Source: an uncultured virus (IMG/VR IMGVR_UViG_3300025900_000203)
Taxonomy: Duplodnaviria; Heunggongvirae; Uroviricota; Caudoviricetes
Direction: 5' to 3' (one strand)
Virus record (IMG/VR): IMGVR_UViG_3300025900_000203
Length of the DNA stretch: 64,000 bases
The notes under the pieces are model-generated. The model worked only from the letters and a program-made list of their open reading frames with translations, had not been told where the DNA came from and made no database searches. Positions 9,490-18,805 of this stretch are shown piece by piece. How positions within the stretch are numbered: the stretch's first letter is position 1; every line of letters starts with the position of its first letter. A program made the translations under genes and the position numbers.

Positions 9490-10589
9490 GCGGTGCCCTT
9501 CCGACGGCGCGACTTACCAGCATCCAGATTCTCGAACTCGCGCAGAAGCTTTTCCTGGGCTCGAGACAAATTCCGGGGAACCTCGATCCTAAGCTCGACG
9601 TAGTGATCGCCGCGACCTTGCCGATCATGGTGTGGAATCCCGTGACCTCGTCGAAGGATCGTCTCTCCAGGCTGTGTTCCTGGTGCCAGCTCAAGGATGA
9701 CGGTTCCGTCGTCGATCGTGTGGTCGATCGTATCGATCTCGATCTCACCTCCGAGCGCCGCCTGGACGAAGCTGATCGAGACTTCACTGGTGATGTCGTA
9801 TCCTTCGCGTTTGAAGCGCGAATCGTTGGCGACATGCAGGACCACATAGAGATCGCCGGCGAGACCTCCAGGAGAGGTTTCTCCTTTCCCAGCGACACGG
9901 AGTGACTGCCCGTCATCCACACCTGCAGGGACAGCCAGTGAAAGAGTGCTCGTCTCTGATCGGATCCCGATGCCGCGGCAATCGGAGCACGGGTCCTTGT
10001 TCAGCTTGCCGCGGCCAAGACATTCCGAACACGTGGATTCGACCCTGAAGAATCCTTGGGCGATCGTGACCTGTCCTCGACCTGCACAGGTACGGCACAC
10101 CTCGATGGGGGTGCCCCCCGCACTTCCAGAACCTTTGCAGGTCGAGCAATTCACAGGCCGCGTGAGCTTGACGTCCTTCTTCGTTCCCCACACCGCCTCG
10201 ACAAACGTCAGTGAGAGATCGAGACGGAGATCCTTACCTCGTACGACACCGCGTCCTCGTGTTGTTGCGGAGAAGAAGTCTCCGAACAGATCGCCGAAAG
10301 CCGAGAAGATGTCTTCGACGTTATTGAACCCACTGCCACCGCTGTAACCCGCAGGATCGCCACCGCCGCGACGGAGTCCATCGAAACCGTAGCGATCGTA
10401 GGTAGCGCGTTGCTGCGGATCGTTGAGCACCTGGTAAGCGTTCGCGGCCTCCTTGAACTTCTCCTCGGCGGCCTTGTCGTTAGGGCACTTGTCGGGATGA
10501 TAGCGTTTCGCGATCGTGCGGTATGCCTTCTTGAGCTCTTCCGAGGTGGCAGCTCGAGAAACACCGAGGACTTCGTAGAGATCTTTCAT
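9486..10589 (-). CDS. dnaJ: molecular chaperone DnaJ (class A)
   Basis: J domain with HPD, G/F region with DIF, four CxxCxGxG repeats, C-terminal domain. Confidence 0.97.
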   Translation of the reverse strand: MKDLYEVLGVSRAATSEELKKAYRTIAKRYHPDKCPNDKAAEEKFKEAANAYQVLNDPQQRATYDRYGFDGLRRGGGDPAGYSGGSGFNNVEDIFSAFGDLFGDFFSATTRGRGVVRGKDLRLDLSLTFVEAVWGTKKDVKLTRPVNCSTCKGSGSAGGTPIEVCRTCAGRGQVTIAQGFFRVESTCSECLGRGKLNKDPCSDCRGIGIRSETSTLSLAVPAGVDDGQSLRVAGKGETSPGGLAGDLYVVLHVANDSRFKREGYDITSEVSISFVQAALGGEIEIDTIDHTIDDGTVILELAPGTQPGETILRRGHGIPHHDRQGRGDHYVELRIEVPRNLSRAQEKLLREFENLDAGKSRRRKGTA

Positions 10590-10858
10590 CGGATACTTTC
10601 CACAAGCTCGGGGAGAGCCAGCTCGCAGCGTCGCAGATCTACGATGACCGCACGCGGAACCGATTGCCCTCGACCGAAGATCTCATCGAGCACGTGCCGT
10701 GGAGATTTGAGGGCTTCTCGCAACTTGTTCACCTTTCGAACACGATCGGGGCCTGGTAACGCGGTTGTCGCGACGAGCAAGCATGTCTTTGCCCAGGCGA
10801 CTTCATTGAACAGACGATCGACGACTTCAGGGGTGGGACGATTCGAATGAACTGCCAT
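10586..10858 (-). CDS. hypothetical protein
   Basis: ATGA overlap with dnaJ. Confidence 0.55.
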   Translation of the reverse strand: MAVHSNRPTPEVVDRLFNEVAWAKTCLLVATTALPGPDRVRKVNKLREALKSPRHVLDEIFGRGQSVPRAVIVDLRRCELALPELVESIR

Positions 10859-10874
10859 CGGGCATCCCTTTGGA

Positions 10875-11420
10875 CTATGCAGGGTCGATTGTTGCGAGAG
10901 CTTGCGACGTGCGACGTAGAATCTCGACTGCGGCATCACACGCCCCATGCCAGCGGCTCTCGCGGGGGCCGGCGACCATGAGCCGTACGGTTGGTGGAGT
11001 CGGTGCGCTCTGCGAATCGAGAGCGAGCGGCAACGTCGTTCTAGACGTCTGGATCAGATCTTCCCAGATCCAGCGCGCGACCGTCTCTTCCGGGGTCCTA
11101 CCGTCGACGACGCGATACGGCCGTCGAAACTCCTCTGCATACTCGAGCGTTTTTGCAGTCCCAGGCGTCGCCCGTGGATCGTCACGATCCACGACGATGA
11201 CGAGGAGCGCGCTGCACCAAAGGACGTTCGCTCTCGTCCTTGACGTGTAGGACGCTTCTGTATGCGGAATGAGGTAGCGAGCGACCTCTTCGGGAATGGG
11301 TCCTAGCTCATCACGGCGATCTCGCGGCATGTATCCGGCGATCTTCCAGCCAGCCGCGATCGCGGCGTCGTGGGCTCCTCGATCCACACCCGTTTGACCC
11401 CCATGGATCAGCGTGATCAT
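10875..11420 (-). CDS. SLOG-superfamily (YpsA/putative molybdenum carrier-like) protein
   Basis: GGQTGVDRGA, RTRANV, GTxxT, VAGPRES motifs. Confidence 0.85.
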   Translation of the reverse strand: MITLIHGGQTGVDRGAHDAAIAAGWKIAGYMPRDRRDELGPIPEEVARYLIPHTEASYTSRTRANVLWCSALLVIVVDRDDPRATPGTAKTLEYAEEFRRPYRVVDGRTPEETVARWIWEDLIQTSRTTLPLALDSQSAPTPPTVRLMVAGPRESRWHGACDAAVEILRRTSQALATIDPA

Positions 11421-11614
11421 GAAGGTCGCTTCGCCCGCTTACCGGCATGCAGTTGTTCGAGTGCGAGCCGAATGAGATCGCTCATCGTGAGCTTGCGGTG
11501 CTGCATCTCCTTGCGCAACCACGTCTCTTCTGTATCGGTCACGCGTGCCCCGATGTAATTGTTGAGACCTTCGCGTGCTGCTCGTTTGGGTTCGAACATC
11601 GGGCGCTCAACCAT
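11417..11614 (-). CDS. ribbon-helix-helix DNA-binding protein
   Basis: IGARVT...L...TMSDLIRLAL pattern; start may be 11599. Confidence 0.75.
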   Translation of the reverse strand: MVERPMFEPKRAAREGLNNYIGARVTDTEETWLRKEMQHRKLTMSDLIRLALEQLHAGKRAKRPS

Positions 11615-11640
11615 CTATCAGGTTGTTAGACAACTGTCAA
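11614..11640 (-). promoter_or_regulatory. promoter/operator motif, copy 1
   Basis: TTGACAGTTGTCTAACAACCTGATAGA; 22/27 identical to 31902-31928. Confidence 0.6.
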
Positions 11641-12350
11641 AACGTGCCGCTCAAAGCAAACGACGCGAACACGATGACGACACGCCCCTGGAGGCGATCG
11701 GCAAGCTCGAACGCTTCGTCGTCACGACGCTCGATTCGCTGCACGCTGCTGCCGTTCGGAACTCCTTGACTAGGGTGCCAATTGTCTGGCACCGGCGAGA
11801 CGATCACGGTGATGGTCTCACCACTCCATGCCGAGAATCGAGGTGTCCGATCTTTTTCGTACCAGCCTACCCATGGAAGCTCTCGTGTTGGCTCTTCCGG
11901 CGAGGCCATCCACGCTTGCCCGAGGTGACAGCCACAGCTGCAACGCGGATACAGCGCCCCGCAAATGCGGAAGGTCACCCACAAAGAAGACCCATCGGAA
12001 TACCCCTGCGCCTGCAACTCGTAGCAGCCACAACGATACTCTTCGTCGAGAGGTGGAGGAGGCTGCTGTGCCAACGCACGCTGTGCGAGGATCGCGCTCG
12101 TCGAGCCTTCTGCGTAGCTGATCGGGGCCAGCTTGCGGAGTGTCTTTCGAGCTTCTGTCATCGTCAGCTTTTCGCGTCGTGCGAATGCAAGCGTGCAGAT
12201 GGCGCGCACACACCAGCGCGTGACGGTCTCCAATACGCGCGCAGTGCTCGGCGCGTCGCAGTGCCAGCAGTACACACGCTTGCAATGCTCGCAGCTCCAA
12301 CCGCGCTGGTTGCAGTCATGCGGCGAGGCGGGGCGGCGTTCGAAGCTCAT
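11637..12350 (-). CDS. Cys-rich hypothetical protein
   Basis: Multiple CxxC/CxC motifs. Confidence 0.6.
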   Translation of the reverse strand: MSFERRPASPHDCNQRGWSCEHCKRVYCWHCDAPSTARVLETVTRWCVRAICTLAFARREKLTMTEARKTLRKLAPISYAEGSTSAILAQRALAQQPPPPLDEEYRCGCYELQAQGYSDGSSLWVTFRICGALYPRCSCGCHLGQAWMASPEEPTRELPWVGWYEKDRTPRFSAWSGETITVIVSPVPDNWHPSQGVPNGSSVQRIERRDDEAFELADRLQGRVVIVFASFALSGTF

Positions 12351-12352
12351 GT

Positions 12353-13054
12353 CTAGAGAACGAAGCCGGTCACTTCGATCAAGAAGTTGCCGACCGATCC
12401 GTTGTGACTATCCCGCGTCGATGGTGTCGTCGTGCCGCACGACGGCGCGGTGTAGTAGCTCGGCAGAATCTGATTTCCATCTGTACCTGCAATCGCGAAC
12501 GTTCCACCTAACCCGACGTAACTCGGCGCCGCGATCCCGACGAGGAGTACGGCGCCGGCCGGAATGGTGGTGGTGATGGGAACTTGCACGACTTGATTGA
12601 TGCCGTCGGGTACATCGATCAGGCTGGTGGCGTACCACGACATGAGCGCGGGGTTGAGTGTCGGATCTCCAACGCTCCCTGCGTAGATCCCGACTTCGAC
12701 CGTGACACTTTTCGCCGTCGCGCTGTTGGCGGTGAACACGACGGTGTTCACACGGAAATCCCCCGTGATCGAGAACTGCGTGAGCGGAAACGTCCGCTCA
12801 TACACCTCCGATTGCGTCGGCGCGTTCACACTCGCGTTCGCGAGACAGAAGGACGTGTGCCCGTTGACGACGACGTTGGTTTCTGTCTCGCGCAACAGGA
12901 TCGGTGTCGGAGCATCGGGTGGGGCATCCGGCCGAGCGTCGACCCGTGCATCGGCAGTGTGCGTGCCCGCATCGAGCGGGCTTTCTCCGTGGAAGCTACA
13001 TCCCACCAATGCGATCGCGAGAGCGATCGCCAACACCGGAAGCTTGGTTCGCAT
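12353..13054 (-). CDS. secreted lipoprotein with myxobacterial-type DAxxDA linker
   Basis: Lipobox LVGC, DAGTHTADARVDARPDAPPDAP, beta-rich domain. Confidence 0.75.
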   Translation of the reverse strand: MRTKLPVLAIALAIALVGCSFHGESPLDAGTHTADARVDARPDAPPDAPTPILLRETETNVVVNGHTSFCLANASVNAPTQSEVYERTFPLTQFSITGDFRVNTVVFTANSATAKSVTVEVGIYAGSVGDPTLNPALMSWYATSLIDVPDGINQVVQVPITTTIPAGAVLLVGIAAPSYVGLGGTFAIAGTDGNQILPSYYTAPSCGTTTPSTRDSHNGSVGNFLIEVTGFVL

Positions 13055-13131
13055 GGGCGGCATGGTGCCACGGCCGCAGCGCGCTGAACATGGGTTGTCT
13101 CGTACCCCTCTAATGGTGTACGTTTCACACT

Positions 13132-13695
13132 ATGACAATCTTCGCGAAGATCCTACGCGGTGAAATCCCATGCCACCGTGTCTACGAAGACGCACACGTG
13201 CTTTCGTTCCTCGACATCCACCCGCTCTCGCACGGGCACACGCTCGTGATCCCGAAAGAGGCAGCTGCCACGCTCGATCAGTTGTCAGAGGAGGCTGCTG
13301 CTGCTCTCGGGCTCGCGCTACCGCGCATCGCTCGGGCACTGATCATCGCGACAGGTGCCTGCAACTACAACGTGCTGCAGAACAATGGAGAGGCGGCAGG
13401 GCAGACAATACCGCACGTGCATTTTCACATCGTTCCGAAGCACCTGGAGGGAACAGGTGGCGGCTTCGTTCCTGGAAAGCTCGACAACACAGTCGGCGCG
13501 CTTCTCTCGCAAGCCATTGGAAGTTGGTTCGAGATGGGGAGCCCTTCAAGAGTGCACGGCTTCGCACCTGGTGTAGATCTCGCCACGAAAACCTTCACGT
13601 GTCCGCGTTGCGGTGCACGCCGTGACTGTCAGGCACTCAATCCGATCTGCCTCGCGTGCCGGTATTCGGATCCTCGAAGCTTCGTGCTGGACTAG
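13132..13695 (+). CDS. HIT-family nucleotide hydrolase with C-terminal Zn ribbon
   Basis: IFAKIxxGEIP, GHTLVIPK, AGQTIPHVHFH; CPRC...CLAC tail. Confidence 0.92.
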   Translation: MTIFAKILRGEIPCHRVYEDAHVLSFLDIHPLSHGHTLVIPKEAAATLDQLSEEAAAALGLALPRIARALIIATGACNYNVLQNNGEAAGQTIPHVHFHIVPKHLEGTGGGFVPGKLDNTVGALLSQAIGSWFEMGSPSRVHGFAPGVDLATKTFTCPRCGARRDCQALNPICLACRYSDPRSFVLD

Positions 13696-13696
13696 C

Positions 13697-14221
13697 TCAC
13701 TTGCGGCCGATATCGGCGAGGACGAGCCCCCACACGTCGTGAGGCACCTGATCCATCACCCACGGCTTCGCCTGGGCTAGCTCGTAGACGGCGAGCGCCC
13801 ACTTCTTACGGCGGGCAGGTACGTGAGCCAGTGCCCGATAGCCAGACAGCCGCCGATTCATATCGCGCCTGATCTCGACTGCGGTCGCTTCTTCGAGCGG
13901 CATGGTTCCCGAATGCGTCTCCACGCGGATTCCTGTCGGAGCGAGATCGCTCCACTCCACGCCAGAAGGGTGCTCTTCGCGCTTGGTTGCGTGGAAAGCC
14001 TTTCGTCCGCGCTGGACAATCCGACCTGTGGCGTCAACTCCAACGACGTGCAGTTGGCTGCCAGGATTTGCAGCTTGGAATTTCTTGGCTGCCTTGCGTG
14101 TCGTAAACACAGCGGATCGCGTCTTACCAGCAGCTGTCCGTGAGACCTCGTAACCGACGCTTTTGGGTCGCTGAAGAGCTTCCGCGATTTCACGATCCAG
14201 CTGTGCAGGCGTCTTCGACAT
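13697..14221 (-). CDS. hypothetical protein with AQLDREIAEAL leader
   Basis: MSKTPAQLDREIAEAL; internal FHATKR; TAGGAT 8 nt upstream of ATG. Confidence 0.75.
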   Translation of the reverse strand: MSKTPAQLDREIAEALQRPKSVGYEVSRTAAGKTRSAVFTTRKAAKKFQAANPGSQLHVVGVDATGRIVQRGRKAFHATKREEHPSGVEWSDLAPTGIRVETHSGTMPLEEATAVEIRRDMNRRLSGYRALAHVPARRKKWALAVYELAQAKPWVMDQVPHDVWGLVLADIGRK

Positions 14222-14323
14222 GCCTGCAGATCCTACGACATTCGCCGAAGGAGCGCGACGTTCGCGCACTGCGCTGTCTCAGCCGACGGTGCCGACAGCC
14301 GTCGCTTCGAACACCTCGATTTC

Positions 14324-14497
14324 TCACCGAGGTGCGGGCTGTTCACGCTGCTCGTCCCGTCGTCGGGCCTGGCACATGCGACATAGGTTGTCGACGTAGA
14401 AGCAGGGCCACTCGGTATCTCCGCACCGTTCGCAGCACTTCCGATACGCGGCGCGATCCGCGGTGGTCGCGACTTCTTGCTGGTTGAGTAGACGCAT
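14324..14497 (-). CDS. 57-aa Zn-finger-like protein (below ORF track cutoff)
   Basis: MRLLNQQ...CCERC...CRMC; ATG 13 nt after sigma54 -12 GC. Confidence 0.6.
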   Translation of the reverse strand: MRLLNQQEVATTADRAAYRKCCERCGDTEWPCFYVDNLCRMCQARRRDEQREQPAPR

Positions 14498-14509
14498 AGC
14501 CCTGTCTGA

Positions 14510-14567
14510 AGCAGCGCCTGTGCCAGCGCTAAGTTGTCGTGGTTAAAGCCTGGGTTGTTCGATACCC
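14510..14567 (-). promoter_or_regulatory. sigma54-type promoter plus GGGT-N8-ACCC box
   Basis: TGGCACAGGCGCTGCT (14525-14510); box 14552-14567, 27 nt upstream of GG. Confidence 0.7.
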
Positions 14568-14592
14568 AGTCTCCATCCGACAACAGCGTGTC

Positions 14593-15735
14593 TTAGTTGC
14601 TCTGCCCCGGGACGTAGCCGAACAGCTCGATCTGTCCAACGCCCGTGACCGTCTGCCCATTCGAGGTGCCGCTCACGACCGCGCTGCCCTCGTACCACGG
14701 TGCGAAGAAGGCTGGCCGTGCCGTCAGCTCCTGATCGAGCACCGTCGGTTGCACGACGAGGTGCACGCCCTTCGACGGGATGTCGACCGTGAACTGCGTC
14801 GGATAGATGTTTCCAGAGTGCGGCGAGGTCCACGATCCCGAATGGCCGAGCGTAAACTGATTCGAGGTGAGCACGCCTTGTCCGCAGGATGGTGCCGCGT
14901 CGAGGAAGTTCACGGTCCGCGAGAGCACCTGATCACGGTGACCACCCACGTAGATGTCGTAGATCATCAGCTCTTGGCCGTTGGAGAGCTGCACGCCGTA
15001 CCAATCCCAGCCAACCGGCACACCTGCGAAGCAGCACGGATCCCATTCGCGATCGAACCAGCTCTGTCCAACGACCGGCTTCACCTGGCCCGTCGGCAAC
15101 GTGAGCGTACCCACGGTCGCGAGACGCGTGCGCGAGTAGTACCAGTTGTCGCCGGCGTATTGCCCGCTCGGAGTGATGAAGGCTGCGTAGCCGTTGTTCA
15201 GCTCGAGGAGCGGGGTCTTGAGGCTCGTTGAGTAGAGATCGAGGTTATAACCGTCGACCGCGGCACGCACGTGATCGACGAGTCCCCCGCCACCCGTGGC
15301 GGAGGGGCCGTGGTCGATCGCGAGGTTGAAGCTGTTGACGGTCTGCGCGAACGTGCCGGCGACGAGGTACGAGCTCTGATGGAACACCCCCGTCTGCTTG
15401 TCGGTCAGGCCGACACTTCCCCAGAGCAGCGTCGAGTAACCGCTCGCGTCCGTGCAGAGATCCGGGCACAGGAAATTCGGCACGATGAACTGGAAGAGGA
15501 AGACGTGGTACGTGTAGCGCTGATCGATCTGCCCGAACCAGAACCACTCGTTCATGGGATCTGGATTGATCGGCGCGTCATCGTGCGGAAGCTGGATCTG
15601 CGTCGGCGGCAGATCCGGGCTCGCACAGAAGCTGATGGAGTCGCTCTCTTGCGCGACGGTTGCGGTGGTCTCATCAGGCGGCGGTGCAGCGCAGCTCGTG
15701 AGGAGAAAAAGGGCGACGGCGAATAACTTCTTCAT
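14593..15735 (-). CDS. AttH/CrtC-like (lipocalin-like hydrolase) lipoprotein
   Basis: Lipobox LTSC; EWFW, YYSRTRL, GQSWFDREW, GWDWY, WTSPHSGNIYP, DQEL, YEG, ELFGY. Confidence 0.85.
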   Translation of the reverse strand: MKKLFAVALFLLTSCAAPPPDETTATVAQESDSISFCASPDLPPTQIQLPHDDAPINPDPMNEWFWFGQIDQRYTYHVFLFQFIVPNFLCPDLCTDASGYSTLLWGSVGLTDKQTGVFHQSSYLVAGTFAQTVNSFNLAIDHGPSATGGGGLVDHVRAAVDGYNLDLYSTSLKTPLLELNNGYAAFITPSGQYAGDNWYYSRTRLATVGTLTLPTGQVKPVVGQSWFDREWDPCCFAGVPVGWDWYGVQLSNGQELMIYDIYVGGHRDQVLSRTVNFLDAAPSCGQGVLTSNQFTLGHSGSWTSPHSGNIYPTQFTVDIPSKGVHLVVQPTVLDQELTARPAFFAPWYEGSAVVSGTSNGQTVTGVGQIELFGYVPGQSN

Positions 15736-15807
15736 GCCTGTCAAGTTGTATCGCAAGGTGTAATTTTCCGATACTGCTTAAATTAGCCAGTGTGCGGGAG
15801 CCACGAA

Positions 15808-16215
15808 TCAGTGCGCCAACACGCCCGGGGGCACGAAATCGTTCCTCTCGCCACGCAACCATTCGTGATGGCCGCCGAACCCGCCGAGCGACGCGGGAAT
15901 CCAATCGCAACCGAGCAGCACGTGAGCGATGAAACGATGGTGCCCGTCGTCGATGAAGGGCATCCCCCAGTAGATCGGTCCACCCCAACGCATAGGAGTT
16001 ACTTCGTTGTCGACGAAGATAGGATCGATCGGACGGTCCGCGAGGATCTCATCCATGAAGAACCGCACACGCCGAATGTCGTAGATGCGTCCGCGAATCC
16101 TGCCAAATTCTGCGAGCGGTCGCGAGCGTTGGATACGACGGTCTTTCGCGATCGCGTCCGCCCAAGGCGGCCAGTAGATCGAGTGGAGCCGTCGCGTGAG
16201 GATATATTCCGTCAT
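15808..16215 (-). CDS. ParB/Srx-fold protein, paralog of 39411..39818
   Basis: RVRFF...PIFVDN...IDDGHHR. Confidence 0.7.
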   Translation of the reverse strand: MTEYILTRRLHSIYWPPWADAIAKDRRIQRSRPLAEFGRIRGRIYDIRRVRFFMDEILADRPIDPIFVDNEVTPMRWGGPIYWGMPFIDDGHHRFIAHVLLGCDWIPASLGGFGGHHEWLRGERNDFVPPGVLAH

Positions 16216-16216
16216 G

Positions 16217-16993
16217 TCAAGGCGCTTCGCCGATTGCACGTTTCTGTTCTTGTGAAAGCCCATCCACCAAGCTGCACTTGTTGCAAGTCATGTGAACGAG
16301 CGCGTGGGTGATCTGATCTGCGGTCGAGTGAACGTCGCCGATCGCGAAGCAGTTGGACGATTCGCCAGCAACGATCGTTCCGTCGCTTGAGATGCTCGGC
16401 GAGCAATTTCCCGACATCCCTACCGTCGCACGGGCTCGCAAGATCACGAGGGCTTCCCGCACGTCATGAAACGAACGAGTCAGTGATCGCAGATTGAAGG
16501 AGGTGGGCGATTTCCGCAGCGGTAGCGACGCCGGTGCCCGCGATGGTTTCAGACGACCGATCGGGATGAGGTGGGTCAGCGAAGGCACGAAGACAACTCG
16601 GGGATCGTCACGGGGAATGCTCTTGGGAGCCGTCGGATAGAACCGTGGATCGTTGGTGACTTGGACCAGCAAGTCAGGCCACTCCGGTCGAAGGATCTTC
16701 GCGCGCAGATCCGGATCGTCGAGCCACATGCCATTCGTGATCAAGATGATCTGGAAGCCTCGATCACGCGCAGTCGTGAGGTACTCTACGACATCGGGAT
16801 GTTCGGTGGCCTCGCCGCCACTGATCAGGAGCCGTCGCGGAATTCCGCGACTCCACGCAAGTCCCTCAAGCCGCTCGGTGAGCGCGAGGGCGGCGAGGAA
16901 GATCTCGCGGGTCATGTGCTTACCCGCTGGAGTGGACCCTTCCATACAGTGCGAACACCCCATGCCGCACGCGTTCGTGATTTTTAGAAGCAC
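16217..16993 (-). CDS. radical SAM protein
   Basis: CGMGCSHC (CxxxCxxC), SGGEATEHP, TNG, C-terminal Cys. Confidence 0.9.
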   Translation of the reverse strand: MLLKITNACGMGCSHCMEGSTPAGKHMTREIFLAALALTERLEGLAWSRGIPRRLLISGGEATEHPDVVEYLTTARDRGFQIILITNGMWLDDPDLRAKILRPEWPDLLVQVTNDPRFYPTAPKSIPRDDPRVVFVPSLTHLIPIGRLKPSRAPASLPLRKSPTSFNLRSLTRSFHDVREALVILRARATVGMSGNCSPSISSDGTIVAGESSNCFAIGDVHSTADQITHALVHMTCNKCSLVDGLSQEQKRAIGEAP

Positions 16994-16994
16994 G

Positions 16995-17480
16995 TCAGTA
17001 ATTTTCTCCACTGGCGAGCCAGATATCTTCTTCCTCGCATTCGCGCTCGAGACGTTCGCGGTTCTCAGGAACATCTTCGTCGTACTGGAGGATGTGATCC
17101 GGCAACTTGACGCCTTGCTCCTTCCAACGTCGGATCGATCCCATCATCGATTTGAGATCGCCAGGCTTCCAGCCGAGACTCGATCCTGGCGGCTGCTCGA
17201 ACCAACAAATGAAGTGATCCTCGGGAAGCTTCGCGAGCGGGGCGGCGACCGGCACCGTGCTTTCTAAGATCTCACGGTGGTCCGCTTCGTAGTGACCTTT
17301 CACGGAAGTCACCGCAGCTTCTGCCGTAGGAGCTTGCACGATCGCTTCGTAGGTGGTTCGTTCGACGCGCACGAGCTCGACGCGGAACCATGGAAGTGGA
17401 TAGCATTTCTGACAACGCCGATTGCCGCAACCTTCCGGCGTCCGCGGTGGTGGCGTCCAATTCTTGAAGTTGAAGTTCAT
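16995..17480 (-). CDS. hypothetical protein
   Basis: AGGAGGG RBS; CxxxxCxxC. Confidence 0.65.
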   Translation of the reverse strand: MNFNFKNWTPPPRTPEGCGNRRCQKCYPLPWFRVELVRVERTTYEAIVQAPTAEAAVTSVKGHYEADHREILESTVPVAAPLAKLPEDHFICWFEQPPGSSLGWKPGDLKSMMGSIRRWKEQGVKLPDHILQYDEDVPENRERLERECEEEDIWLASGENY

Positions 17481-18025
17481 CTTGAAGTCCCTCCTTGAGG
17501 GTTACGACCGCTCTCGGCATCGCTTCGCGTCAAATAGAACGTCGTGCTCACGGTGTGGGCCTTCCATGTGAGCAGCCGTTCCAATCCTTCGTATGTGGCA
17601 GGCAAGCGTTGGATCCGATTTCGGCAAAGCAGCCCTTGCACGGCGCGTTGACACCATCCTTCAAGCGCACAGTCGAGAGCCATCGGATCGGTGTAGCCGA
17701 TTTCTTCGTCTGCAACCTTCGTGTGCCCAGCTCGCCGCAAGAGTCGTTGAGAGATGGACATCGCCGCTGCCTCACGCGAGATGAGGTAACGAAGGCGTGA
17801 TGACGTTTGCCCGGCATTGGGACCAAAAAGGAAATCTCCGAATCGATCTGTCTCACGATCGAGATCAAACATGCGAATGCGACACTCTCGCGCCGTAGCG
17901 ACCAAGAAATGACCGATCTCGTGCGCCGGCCACCACGCGCTGGAAGTGTCCTTGTAAAGCCGAGCATCTGCCGCAACTCCTGGAACGAAACGATAGGCCA
18001 ACTCGGAGATCTCGATGAGCGTCAC
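17477..18025 (-). CDS. HExxH-motif protein (metallopeptidase-like)
   Basis: AHEIGH followed by a distal E. Confidence 0.55.
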   Translation of the reverse strand: MTLIEISELAYRFVPGVAADARLYKDTSSAWWPAHEIGHFLVATARECRIRMFDLDRETDRFGDFLFGPNAGQTSSRLRYLISREAAAMSISQRLLRRAGHTKVADEEIGYTDPMALDCALEGWCQRAVQGLLCRNRIQRLPATYEGLERLLTWKAHTVSTTFYLTRSDAESGRNPQGGTSR

Positions 18026-18309
18026 GGCGCCACGTCTGTGGGTGCACGGCGTTTGATGACGACGGCCGCCTTTGGTATCGGACGGCACACGTCCCATCGA
18101 CGCGCGTCTTCGACAGCAAATAGATTTTCTCCGACGATGGGCTCTTTGTCATAGACGTAGATCCATTCACCGCACGGATCCTGTTCGAATGCAGCGACGC
18201 GCACCGGGCTGCCAAGGGCGCGTGACAACCACGAGGGCGTACGTGTAATCGTGCCGAAGGTGCGGGTGTCGTCAAATAACGTGACCGTGATCTTCATGAG
18301 GAGCATCAC
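18022..18309 (-). CDS. hypothetical protein
   Basis: GTGA overlaps in operon. Confidence 0.55.
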   Translation of the reverse strand: MMLLMKITVTLFDDTRTFGTITRTPSWLSRALGSPVRVAAFEQDPCGEWIYVYDKEPIVGENLFAVEDARRWDVCRPIPKAAVVIKRRAPTDVAP

Positions 18310-18506
18310 GGCGTCTTCGAGATCGGTGCCCACTGATCGAAGGTCGTCCAGCCGCAGAAGCCGCCTTCGTCTGTGGCGACCCAGAAGTCATGGCCGTTTT
18401 TGTCGACGACATCGATCGTACCTTCCATCCCGAGAGGAATCTCCTTGTGGGGAGCCGTTCGACGAACGCGAAGGCCGAGTGTGGGCTGGATAGACTCATC
18501 CGTCAT
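18306..18506 (-). CDS. small SH3-like hypothetical protein
   Basis: GLRV...GMEGTI beta pattern; ATGA overlap. Confidence 0.5.
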   Translation of the reverse strand: MTDESIQPTLGLRVRRTAPHKEIPLGMEGTIDVVDKNGHDFWVATDEGGFCGWTTFDQWAPISKTP

Positions 18507-18805
18507 TCGTCGTCGTCCTCCGTGGTGTTGGCGGGATGAGTGCCGTCGAGCCACATGTCGATGTCGAGCCGCGGCACGTGAACACGCACTGTCACCCAGA
18601 GGTGCTCTTCGGCATCTTGTGTGACAACCAGCTGTCCGGCGTCCTGCACGATCTCGTGTTCCAGCTCGAAGTTGTTTTCGTGTAGCCACACAGCCTGCAA
18701 GACTTCGACAGCGGCTTCGGCGAGCGCTGGGTCGACGCGTGGAGTTGTCTTCTTTGCTCGCACCTTCTTCACTGTCGCCTTCTTCTTCGTCGATTTACTC
18801 GTCAT
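18503..18805 (-). CDS. hypothetical protein
   Basis: Lys-rich N-terminus, acidic tail. Confidence 0.6.
   Translation of the reverse strand: MTSKSTKKKATVKKVRAKKTTPRVDPALAEAAVEVLQAVWLHENNFELEHEIVQDAGQLVVTQDAEEHLWVTVRVHVPRLDIDMWLDGTHPANTTEDDDE

Noticed and set aside
13092..13107. GGGTTGTCTCGTACCC box as part of a sigma54 promoter
   Set aside because: No GG-N10-GC element at a matching distance on either strand.
14233..14583. 116-aa ORF
   Set aside because: Overlaps a sigma54 promoter and box; the 14324..14497 Zn-finger ORF fits the promoter better.
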